64,000 bases of DNA from positions 2,198,525-2,262,524 of the forward strand of contig CM074816.1 of NCBI GenBank assembly GCA_037447605.1, in the 5' to 3' direction. This stretch comes from Zygnema circumcarinatum SAG 698-1b (lineage: Eukaryota; Plantae; Zygnematophyceae). Below, one piece after another: positions 12,185 through 23,932 of this stretch. The position numbers and the translations under genes are program-made. Under the pieces are notes generated by a model, which worked only from the letters and a program-made list of their open reading frames with translations, was not told the DNA's origin and did no database searches. Numbering within the stretch: the stretch's first letter is position 1; every line of letters begins with the position of its first letter.

Positions 12185-13622
12185 GTTCGCTCAAGCTGCA
12201 CCTCCTTGCTTCTGCTGAGTGAATATTCAGAACCCCAAGTGATTGCTGGAATCTCCTTAGCAAGTACATCTGTCGGCGTTTCTGAGTGTGCGGACCTTGT
12301 CTCGGTTGCAGGACCGACGTCGCTCAGTAAGGGCTCGCCCGACGACTCAACATAGCTAGTGTAGGTCTCGATAAGTCGAATAAATTGGTTTGGTTGGAAT
12401 CTGTAAAGTTGGAGTAAGCTATGGAGGAGCGTTCTCGGTGGAGCTTTCAGAAATTGGCGGATGCGCACTGTTCTGGGCAGCAGACCTATGGCCTTGCAAC
12501 CTTTGCTTTTCAGGCAGGCCGGAGGAGGCTGATGTTGGAGGCTGTTCATGCACTGCAGTTCGTCCACGCTCATGCAATTTCTATGCGCGATTCGCGGGAT
12601 TAGATTAGATTAGCAGTAGCATTGGATTCAGATGGAAGATTCCTTGGGAGACAGATCGTTTGCACCAGCCATTGAATTTTTATATATACATATACATTGT
12701 TAAGAATTCTCTACGCCATAAATAATGCAAAACGTAGATTGCTTTCGCTAACTCTGTAATCGCTCGAGTACCATGCTTTCTTATACTGCTAGTCATTTTC
12801 TTGAAGGAAATGAGTGCATGCTGGGGAGTGAAGGGGACGTGCGGGAGGGGAGGGAATGTTGCGGGATGGATGGGAATCGAGCAGCTTTGACTCAGCAAGT
12901 CTGCGGCAGAGCACAAATGCAACTTAAGCTCTACATGGCACGAACTTGCTAGTGTTAGCCACACTGGAAAACGCCCCCTCTGCCTGGCCATGCCGACATC
13001 CCTTCTATCGACAGCACATTTCCGTGGCCTTACAGCGTGGCTGCGTTTCCGCGCTTCTTGGCGGCCTCCCTCCCTCCCTCCGTCCCTCCCCCCCCATGGC
13101 GCCCTGTGCCCTGTGCGGCTGCTCTGCTACTTCCAGAGCCGCGCCGGGTGGTGGGGCTGAGCCGCAGAGCGGAGGCGGGTGGCCCGGCGTGGCGTTCTAG
13201 AGTTGTGAGCACATGGTTTCCTCGTGGTTCCATGGCTGGGCCATGGTCGTGTCCGATGCATGTATGTATGTATGCATGTGACGAGCCCCGCCAGCGGTGC
13301 CGTACGGTGGTCTCCCAGTCCTTGCTTCCCCTAGGCGGGTGTCGCGTCACGGGCGCGTTCCATGTGTCCAAGCGGGCGGCAGGTCTTCCGTGACCAGCAA
13401 CGGGACGGCGGCGTTCGCTGTCGGCGCGCGCCTGGGCGGGGCGGGGCGGGGCGGGCCCGTGGGGGAGGCGCCATGGCTGCCTGCCGCGCGCCCTCCCCCG
13501 CCCGCAGTTGCAGCGCTGCGTGGAGCCGGCCCGCCCTCCTCTTGGCGCCCACGCGGAAACACCTGCTTCAGCGAGCGGGATAACGAGGAGAGAGGAGTGG
13601 GCGGGAGGGGGAGAGAGAATAT

Positions 13623-16600
13623 ATGGCTCTCTGGAAACTGCTGTCCGTGGAGGTTAGTCGCTGTGAACTGCTCATGCCTCTGCAATTCTTTTGACTTTGA
13701 TTGAACGCGTCGAATTCGTGTTGAAACAGAGCGTGACCTTCTTAGAAAACCTTGGCTTTCTTTCGCGTCCACCGCGGTATTGCAGGCGGCTTGCTCAGGA
13801 AAACGCTTACATCCGAATACTGTGTTCCAACTCCAAGCACAGGCGCAGGCTTTCCTTCGCCAAGTGCGGAGTTACAACGCATACTTAGATTCTTGCCCTA
13901 ATTCTCTCGGTAAAGGTGAGCTAGCGCGAGCTTCCGTCTAACTTATCATAACGTTCAGGTCACGAGCCATTCATCGCATATGCTAGTATTTCCTACCGTT
14001 TTAGGTCGTTAACAGCTGATTTGGAAATATGAAAGTGCTGAAGTGCGGGTCAGAAGGCTGCTTGTGCTGACACGAGTGAAAAGTGGTAGTTCACCAGAGG
14101 TATCTGCTTTTCTTTATGATTAACGTATCTCTATCGTTGCAGACAGATACAGGTTCATATGAGTATATATATAGGTTCATATGAGTAGGTCTTTTCCAAG
14201 CGCTGGACAATAGCGAAGAAGCTTCTGTTTCAAAAATTGTTTATATCTGATGTTTCACAAGAATAAAGTAGTTAGGTTTCAGCCGGATTTTTAATACTGC
14301 AGCGTGGTGTCATGTGAAAAATGTTAAAAGCACTGAGTTTCCTTGGTAGATGGACTTGACAACTCGTTTAGCGCTGGTGCTGGCAGTTGGTCCAAAACTT
14401 TGTTTTTGAGGTCGAAACGTTTTCCTTTAGCCAATTCAAGACACGAGGTTTGGGATTTGTGCCTGGAGACAGCATTCCATCGATCTCCCCCAATCTTACC
14501 TAAAGAGAAGAGCCAATGGCGTCGGCACAGCAGTAGTCAGGTGCGACGGGTTGAGCAATTGGAAAGGGAGCAAGCAGAGTTGCTTCGCGATCTCAACCGG
14601 CATGATCCAGAGGAGCTTATTCGTGTATTTGAGTCAACTCCCGGACTACAACAGAAACCTGCAGCATTGTCAGAGTATGTCAAAGCGCTTGTGCGCGTTG
14701 ATCGATTGGATGGAAATCAGCTTCTTCGTGCTTTGCAAAGAGGTACAAATCCTGCTGCTTTGCTCCTTGTCACCAGTCAATTTCGACACGAAAACTTTCG
14801 TTGAGTGATTGCCACTGCAAGCACCTTACAGTGATTACTTCCAACGTGGTTGTGATGGTCAGGAACCACACTATGGCTGTGATTAATTGAGCAGCACTTG
14901 TTTATGGTTCAGGTGCTGCTTCCTCGCCATCGTTGGGAGGGGAGTCTTCACTTGGTTATGGTGCAGCGACAGGATCGGCAGCCGGTCTTCCAGCCAGCTT
15001 GCAGGGCTCTTCTGTTGGACTTGTTACGAAAGAAGGAGTGCTGGGTACAGCAAATGCTCCTATACACATGGTGGCAGCTGAAGGAGGGTTTAGGGTCCAG
15101 ATGTGGAGAACAATTCGCTCTTTGGCGCTTGCCTTCTTGGTGTTCTCTGCAGCTGGAGCTTTGATAGAGGATAAGGGTATCGGAAAAGGTGAGGCTTCCT
15201 TTTCTATTCGTCGTTTGTTTGTTTGAGATTTTGAACAATCCAAGTTTCATTTTTTTTTGTTCTAATGGGTTACCAGTATTCGATCATTTGTTTGTTTCAT
15301 AATCATTAATAACTGGACGTCTGCAGCGTTCTGCTTTTGTGATATGTGGATTGAGACCTTTGCTTTCTTGGCGTGCCATAGCAGGTCTAGGTCTAAATGA
15401 AGAAGTGCTGCCAACAATGGAGTCCAGCACAAAGTTTAGCGATGTCAAAGGCGTGGATGAGGCGAAAGCAGAACTGGAAGAGATTGTTCACTACTTGCGA
15501 GATCCCAAGGTAACTCTTCACACACTTTTGCCAGATTCGTTTAAGGTCTGTTCGTTAGCTGGTTAGTTTTGACAGTGTAGTTATCTTGAGAAGGAGCTTG
15601 GCATGCTTGTTTGACGTGTAGCAGTGCAAGAGCCTATTTAATTATCTTCCGGACCTTCATAAGCCAAACTCATCTTTCACAACGTCTTTCTGTTCTTGTC
15701 GACTGTGGACGTACGTATCTTTCCGGAGCAGCGCTTCACTCGACTGGGCGGGAAGCTCCCGAAAGGAGTGCTGCTGATGGGACCACCGGGGACCGGGAAA
15801 ACGATGCTGGCCCGCGCTATCGCAGGAGAAGCTGGTGTCCCCTTTTTCTATTGCAGTGGGAGTGAGTTTGAAGAAATGTTTGTGGGTGTCGGAGCACGCC
15901 GGGTGCGCGACCTTTTCGCTGCTGCAAAGAAGCGCTCTCCCTGTATCATTTTCATGGATGAAATTGATGCCGTTGGAGGGAGCCGGAATCCAAAAGATCA
16001 GCAGTACATGAAGATGACTTTGAACCAGTTGCTGGTGGAGCTGGATGGATTCAAGCAGAATGAAGGGATCATTGTCGTAGCTGCAACAAATTTCCCCGAA
16101 TCACTCGACAAAGCGCTTGTGAGGCCTGGTCGCTTCGACCGACACGTGGTTGTGCCCAATCCAGATGTAGAAGGTCGGCGGCAAATTCTGGAGTCTCATA
16201 TGACAATAGTAAGTGCTTTTGCATTCAATGTCTTTAGAAGTGGAACGTATACGCCGACAAGTGAACGATTGCTGACCCCATGGCCCTTGATGCCGATGCA
16301 CGGAAGGCACTTGTTGAAGAAGAGTCTCGGAGTTAAACAGTTTCATGCAGACAGGAAGTGACAATTCCGGTGCTTTCCGAAAAGCTGGAGGTTCATGGTG
16401 ATGATGTTGCGTCTGCGTCTATGGCATGTGATATTATTTTTCAATCACATATTTTTTGTTCTTCCAGGTGCCTAAGGCGGAGGACGTGGATCTCTCAATC
16501 ATAGCGCGAGGGACCCCGGGTTTTTCGGGGGCAGAGTTGGCGAACCTTGTAAACGTGGCTGCCTTGAAGGCCTCCATGGACGGGCAAATATCAGTTTCTA

Positions 16601-17403
16601 TGAAAGAGCTGGAGCATGCGAAGGATCGAATCATGATGGGAGCAGAGAGAAAGTCGGCTGTCATCTCAGAAGAGTCGCGGAGACTGACGGCGTATCATGA
16701 AGGCGGCCACGCCCTTGTGGCACTGCACACGCCCGGAGCGCTGCCTGTGCACAAGGCCACCATCGTTCCACGTGGCATGGCCCTCGGCATGGTCTCGCAG
16801 CTTCCGGAAAAGGATGAAACAAGTGTGTCTCGAAAGCAGATGTTGGCGCGGTTGGACGTCTGCATGGGGGGGAGAGTGGCTGAAGAGCTTATTTTTGGCG
16901 AAAGTGAGGTGACCTCGGGCGCGTCGTCAGACATTGTCTCTGCCACACGACTGGCACGGGAGATGGTGACCAAGTACGGTATGAGTAAAGCGATAGGTGT
17001 CGTGGCCCACGATTATGAAGACGACGGGAAAAGTATGAGCACAGAAACGCGGCTGGTGATAGAAAGTGAAGTGAGGGAACTATTGCAGCGAGCGTACGAC
17101 AACGCGAAGAGCATCCTCATGGCCCACTCGGACGACCTGCACGCCTTGGCGAAGGCCCTCCTGGAGAAGGAGACGCTTACCGGGGCGCAGATCGTGGCTC
17201 ACCTCTCAGGCGGCGTGGGGGCGGAGGTGAAGGTGTCGCCATCACCATCGCCAAGTCTGCCGTCCCCCGCAGCGGCCGCTGCCACTGCGCAGGCAGCTGC
17301 TGCTGCAGCTGCCGCCGCGGCTGCTGCGGCCACGGCCGCCGCCACGGGGAGGGGCGCCGCAGCCGCGAGGGGCGGCACTGCGCAGGCAGCGGGGACTTCA
17401 TGA
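13623..17403 (+). CDS. FTSH4: Mitochondrial ATP-dependent zinc metalloprotease FtsH4 (i-AAA/YME1 type); 5' exons uncertain
   Basis: [26 protein letters not shown], Walker A GPPGTGKT, Walker [21 protein letters not shown], zinc motif [13 protein letters not shown] and an Ala-rich tail; TGA at 17401-17403. The first exon ([10 protein letters not shown]|GT at 13623) is tentative. Confidence 0.93.
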
Positions 17404-18258
17404 GCGAGCGAGCGAGCGAGTGGGCGGGACAGCCCCTCCCCTCCCCTGTGTACAGTGCTGGCTGGCGAATGTGTGGAGGTGCCGCATCCGGGTGCTCTGT
17501 AGTGATACGTGCTTCTTGTTCACCGATTATATAGAAATAGCTTAAAATGAAAGGGAAATCCCGTCCGTCTGTCTATTCCTATGTACATGCAGTGCGATGT
17601 GACGTCAAGTTCGATGTGTCACTCTGGTGCGATGTGCTGCTCTAGACTGCTTCAGATTGTGTTGCCAGTTTGCGCGATTCAACACGCAGTCACTGTGCCA
17701 CTGCAAACCACCAATCTCTACACTCAGACAAGATTCTCTATTTGTCCTGCACAGCAAAACCTCATGACTCTCTCAATGAATTCTTACATACGATCCACCA
17801 ATACACCCCAGTTTCGAGGTGCAATGAACAGAAATGGAATTACGAGGTAAGCGAGAGACACAAACGCGCCTTCGATGCTCTTTATATGTGTTATACAAAA
17901 TAGCATCAATGGGATCAGAAATGTTGGAACAGACGGATGTAAACTGAAGCATTCAGTCGAAGTACTCGGACATTCTCCCGATGGAATCACGCAGACGTGG
18001 CTCTGACTCTCCTACATTCTGAATTTCGGGATGTTGCCACACGATGCATAGGTATGCTGCAAAAACTGGGTTTAGAGATTCATCAGCCGAAGGTGCTGGT
18101 TCCGGGTCTGGCAAGCAAGGTTGCACCCGGCACAACTAGAACCGAGCCTTGCTTGGATTCGGCAGAATCGTAACTTGGTACACTTCAGCTGCATGTGCAA
18201 GTCAGGCCCATAGGGAGGGACGAGCATAAAAAGGAGACGATACAGCAACTGATGCTTT

Positions 18259-19466
18259 TCACAGCTTTGTGGCAGGCTTCTTCTTTTCCTTCTTGTCTTT
18301 CTTCTCTTTCTTCTTCAATGCGTCCATGTGTGCTTTCAGCACGGTGGCATATGCTGCCTGGAAGCGCAGATGGTCCTTTGCTGATACCTGCCAAAACAAA
18401 AAGATCCAAGAGTAGATTTTGGCTTTTCAGCGCTAAAAATTATGAGCGACATCAAGCAGAACTGGTATGCTGCGCTCAACAAATATACTCAGCCTACAGC
18501 ACCATCAGAAATCAAATGGCCCAAGCCTCGTCAGAACCCTTGGAGCTTAAGGGTGAGGTCTAAAGACTCCGAAGAAGTGGGTGATTTTAAGGATGCCTAA
18601 GAGTGAGCTGCTGAAACTGCAGAAGATAAAGACTTTCAGGCCAAGGGACAAATATGTAGAATTAAAGGTACCGAATCGATTGAATGTCAGCACGACGAAA
18701 AGCAAAGATGCAAACCGATAAACCAGGGAATGCATGCATAGAGCAATGCAGTTCGCCTATGCAAGGCAGACACTCACAACGGTGCTGAATTTTCTTTTGC
18801 CGTCAGTCGCCCGAACAAGGCATTTGCACTCCTCGTCCGCGCCGCTCTCTTGTCCCACTACCACGGTACTCTCGGATTCCACCTTCCTCCTCTTGGCCCC
18901 CGGTTTCAGCGAAGCTGCAAATCCTCGAATTCACGCAACATTTAAAATATTCTTCAAATTTTTAGTTCCTACAAGCACTACGTCGAAGAATTTCTAATTT
19001 AATAATTAAATTCCCATTTACTTTTAGGTTTATCCAATCCACATGCAGAATAACGACAAGAATGCTGCTAGCTGCCGCTTCAGACATGCAATCCTCAAAC
19101 CCCTAAAGTTTTCTTTGCGAAGCAAGAATGTCAGAAGATCCAGACACAGCGAAGCGTGACAGCTCAGGGCTCAGCGCTCGCAGGGTCCGCATGTGACTGC
19201 GGCAGAGGTCAGGCAGCGGCGCCTCACATCGTTTGAGAGTGACCCACACAGAGCCCGCCGTCTTGTTCCGCTCGAACAGCTTCGTGAGCTCGTTCAGAAA
19301 CGGGTCGGGCTCCAGCTGCACCTGCTCAAGCCCCCTCCCGCGCTCCCTCCGCTCAGCTCCCCCCCCGAGCCACTCGCCCCATCACGCCCACATGCATGCA
19401 TGATGGCCCGCATGCGCCCGCGGGGCTGCCCGTGCCAAGGGAAGTGAGGGGATGCGCGCTCACCAT
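18259..19466 (-). CDS. SRP14: Signal recognition particle 14 kDa protein; exons 19466-19464 (ATG only), 19321-19228, ~18914-18778, 18387-18259
   Basis: Spliced product MVQLEPDPFLNELTKLFERNKTAGSVWVTLKR...KCLVRATDGKRKFSTV-VSAKDHLRFQAAYATVLKAHMDALKKK, a classic SRP14 sequence. Confidence 0.92.
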
Positions 19467-19735
19467 GGCTGACGGCGACGAGCGGTCCGAGGCGGCGTCA
19501 TGGAGCCGCCATGGCCATGGCCTTGGCCTGGCCGAGAATGGCGGACCGCTCTCGGCGGTTCCCTTGGCGGCAGGTGGGGAGGCACGGTCCGTACAGCACT
19601 TCCATGCATTAGTTCTGGGAAATTCGAGAAATGCGCGTGAACCTTGCACGGAACGGAGCGCATGTGACGTCGCCTCCAAGGCTGCGTTTGCAGGAAGCGC
19701 TGGAGCTTGCGACTTTGCGAGGCACAGCGGTAGCC

Positions 19736-22700
19736 ATGGCTGACTTCCTCGTCTGCTCGGGGAGGAGTGCTGCTCTACCGGCTGCCCGCGTGGTCTCAGC
19801 CCCATCGACGGGCGCTTCCTCCTCCGCATCACTTCGCTCCGCGAGGATATGTGCGCTGAACTTGACTCGCTGCACAGTGCAGATTGCTCGCAGTGAAGGG
19901 TTGAAACAGGCAGCCAGAGTTTCGCTCGAACTAAGGAGGGTCGAAAGTAGAAGGGGAAAGAATGTTGTCAGGCGTTCCTTAAGCGTATGCGCTGGAATCG
20001 GAGCTGTGAGCGATGGCCCTATCGACGCACTCATTTTCGACTGTGATGGCGTTATTCTTGAGTCAGAAGACCTTCACAGATGCGCCTACAATGCTGCATT
20101 TGAGCACTTTAATGTCTGCTGTCCGGGGGAAACACAGCCAGCTGTGTGGACGACGGAATTTTACGATATTTTGCAAAACACGATTGGAGGAGGCAAGCCA
20201 AAGATGCGATGGTAAGCGTGATACAGATTTTGGCTTAGTACGAGAACTCAAATTATTACTCATCTGTCCTTCTGTTGTTTTATTAAGGTCGTCACCTGTC
20301 AAATGCTCACAGGTTCTATCTATACTGCTTTCGCGGGCAAAATACAATCTTCTTGTTCTGTTTGTGAAACGAAACCCTTCCTCTAGTCTGTTTCATGAGA
20401 GTATGAAACTGCAAACTGTATGCTAAACATCGCTCACCAAGGGGATTGCAGCCACACTGTGGCTGTATGGAAAGGTCAGCGGGATGGCTTCTGCTGTTAA
20501 GGAACATCCTTTTTTGCTTGATCAGGAAGGTTCAAGTTTGAAGGGAGGCATTTGGAATTCTCGCGGTCGGAAGGGCCGTAGGTACTTCAATGAGAACGGA
20601 TGGCCTTCTTCCATCGTCCTTTCGGAGGCTCCGGAAAGTGATGAAGCAAAAGCCATTCTGATTGATACGCTGCAGGTGCTCTCACTGTTAAGCACCTTTC
20701 GATGGGCTTGTTTTCAACTGGACTTTATTTGTCCTCCTTTTCAGTTGTCAACAATCAAATGGTTTATTTGGTCTTGTCTTGTTGCTCCGCGCACTTGACA
20801 CCACGGTAATTAGGAATTTTTAAATAGAAATTTAGAATCTTGCTAATCTCTTTGAGAGATAGTAACTGAAAGACTAATGGAAGCAAGGACAGACAAGAGT
20901 TTTGTGAAGTGCAACGGAGATGTTTGTAATCTGGAGGATGAGTTGGTTATGGATTGGGTCTGGCCAGGATTGGAAAACGGCGAAGTACAAGGATATGATT
21001 GGATCAGGAGAGGTGAGCTGGGAAGTTTTACATATATTCTGCAGATTCGCGTGTAGTTCATGGCGACTATGATTACAGCTCATTCGGCTAATGTCTAGAT
21101 TATCATTGAAGAGAATTTTTTCTTTCTAAATCTCGATAAAATGTTATCTGCAGTGAAAGAAGCTTTCACACTTACTCCATGCTCGGCGGCTTCGTATCCA
21201 TGAATCTGTTTTGCAATTTTTTTTTCAAATCTGGCACGCGAAAATGTATTTCAATAAACCTGGTGCATGACAAGGTTGCGCTAATCTTTACGTGTTCCGT
21301 GCTCTGAACTTCAGGTCAAACCACGTCCCGGTGTGTTGAGGCTGATGGATGAGGCCAGGGAAAAGGTAATGCCTCACACGTAGCTTTTTGTAATGCCTTG
21401 AATGGACTTTGACTTCAACCTCTATTCTCATAAGCTCCTTTGCGTTAAAGTGCTAGTTTTCACTTCATGGCTGTGTGTGTATAAGATAGGTAGAGTTGCG
21501 AGTGTTGGAAACATACTAAATGCCAATGGTTTTCAGGGCCACATGCCCATCATGTCCTTGAGTTTTTGCTAATGCATATATTTCGCCTAACTTGCTATTC
21601 TAAGTGTTGCTTTTCTGATGTGCATGTTTGGACAGACTTGGTATTCCATGTCAATTCCAATGCCAGTTACTAATTTGTTGAAGCGTTGGTGTGTTCAGGG
21701 TTTGAAGCTAGCAGTTTGCTCTGCAGCAACCAAGAGCTCGGTCGTTTTTGTTCTCGAGAATCTTATTGGCAATGTATGCCATTTTTCTTCCCACATGTGA
21801 AGTTACTGGTATTGCAAGTTCCATATGTAATGCAATAGCAAAGTGAAAGTCTTCGTCTTCCCACTTTGTGTGACCATCTTTGTGCGCTGGCTTGTACTCC
21901 GCAATCTTGATGTTTGAAGCCTTTACGCGGGTGTGGGTTAGACGACGGGCAGCTTGTACTACGTTCGCGTTGCAAACTACGAGTATTACTAGAGGACACC
22001 TGTTGGTGCATACACCAGCAGTTTGTATAAATTAGAAGTATTCCTTTGTCAAATATCTCAATCGTCCGATCTGTCATATGAAGTTCTTCTCCTTTCCTGG
22101 GTATTTCGAGGTTTGCCTTGGAAAGGCACGCTTTGCTACTGTTGCAGCATTGAAATGCCTCTAACAGCAAGGCGTTGGATTGGTGCAGGATCGATTTTTG
22201 AAGCTGGACTGTTTCTTGGCGGGTACGTCTAGGGCTTGTGCTTTTCTCCTCTGCCACGTACAACACCACGTTTCGTGTCTCAGCCGACAGTTCTGATTTG
22301 CAATGGGGGTCTTTTGCATTGCAAGTTATAATGGAACTTGGCTCAAATGAAAGTGGCAGTTTGTGCTTGATACTTTGCAAAGTGGCAGTGGCGGGTCTCC
22401 TCCTCTGAATTTTCATGCTGTTGCAATGGTTGGATGGCAGGTGATGATGTCGATAAGAAAAAGCCAGATCCAACTATTTACAAGGTCGCTGCAGAGGTTA
22501 GTTTCCCGGCATTCAGTATGGTTTACTACTTGCAACTGCCAGTTCAGGCTTTGCTTTCATCGGTCCTTGTTTATGCAGAAAACTGAGCATGCTTGTTTTC
22601 CTAAACCACACATAAACCTCCTCCTTTGCAGAAGCTTGGAGTGGAACCATCGCGGTGCCTTGTGGTGGAAGATAGCACTATCGGCCTGCAGGCAGCGCTT

Positions 22701-23006
22701 GGGGCGGGCATGCGCTGCATCTGCACTTACACGTCATCGACAAAAAGCCAGGTGCCACTCTTCCTCCTCGTTGCCACTGAATTCTACAGGCTCACTCTTC
22801 TCTTCTCTCATACTTTGAAGTCGAGTGTGAAATCGACTCGACTTGGACAGGTCATTGATTAAGCTTCCTGCTGTCTGAGTGAAGCTTTGCTGAGCTGCTG
22901 CTTGGATGGCCTGCAGAGCTTCGATGGCGCTGCGGAGGTTTACCCTGACCTGACTGACGTGAATTTGGAGCTGCTGCTTGCGCTCCCTCAATTGGTGAAG
23001 GCGTAA
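19736..23006 (+). CDS. CBBY: Chloroplast CbbY-like HAD-superfamily sugar-phosphate phosphatase
   Basis: Ser/Ala/Arg-rich transit peptide; HAD motif I IFDCDGVILESE; GGGKPKMRWYF; PRPGVLRLMDEA; KKKPDPTIY; LVVEDSTIGLQAA. All junctions are GT-AG; TAA at 23004-23006. Confidence 0.9.
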
Positions 23007-23932
23007 TGCCACATCCCGTGACCCAGGTACCACACTCGCAGCAGCAACACTGGAAACGCGAAAGCGCAGGGGTCGCATTTAAAAGGTCATTGCAACCACT
23101 GCTTGGGTGGAATACACAGAAATGACAGGAACAGTTCTATTTAAGTCATTCATTTCTAGTCTACTTGTGTAGTGTCAGCCTTGTGGCTGTTAGGCTCGGA
23201 ATGGACGGTTTTTGCTTAGTAGGGGTGCATCAGTTAGGTTGGTTAAACATTATGTATTTGTAATTCACCAGTGACGATCTTGACCATCAGCAATGGCAGC
23301 AAATTCTGCCGCATCATTGATAATGACTCGAACTGTGTCTTGAACCTAGCCAGGCTCCGAGTGCGCGGAGATGGCCCCGTTCCACTCTTTCTCAGCTTGT
23401 GCGCATTACACTGGACATATGCCATGCATTCAAACAATCCGGAGAGCGACGACATTGACAGGCTACGCTCATCGCTATGCTCCGACCCGCTAGAAGTGGC
23501 AGGTCAGCCTGCCAGCGGAATCTGTTGGTTCGTGCATGCTATCTTCATCCATGGCTTTTCTGTACTGTATGTCAAAAGCAGAGCAACGGCCAAAATTTAG
23601 TCACATCACCACCACGTCATTGTAGCGACACTTTTGTACATATCTCAAATTTTATGATCACCTTCAAGTCACCTCTTTTTGACCAGAATCCTGAAAGAAT
23701 TGTCTCAATAAGTTATCCGACGTTGTGGGCCCAATTCGGACCAGTAGGGCGACTGCTGTCTATTGACAAATCGCAGCCTTCTAATCTCCGTGAAAAATGG
23801 GAACAAAATTTGTGGTGTTTCCAGCCACCGTAAGATAGTTCAAGAGTTCGAGATCTTTGTTTTTCTCTCGTCCCACAAACGACACAATGACATAAACTTA
23901 ACAATCTTCAATCTCGCAGGTCCTCACGGGAC

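Noticed and set aside
14151-14187. 15 bp direct repeat AGGTTCATATGAGTA separated by a TA run in an FtsH4 intron
   Set aside because: Consistent with simple slippage; there is no element between the copies.
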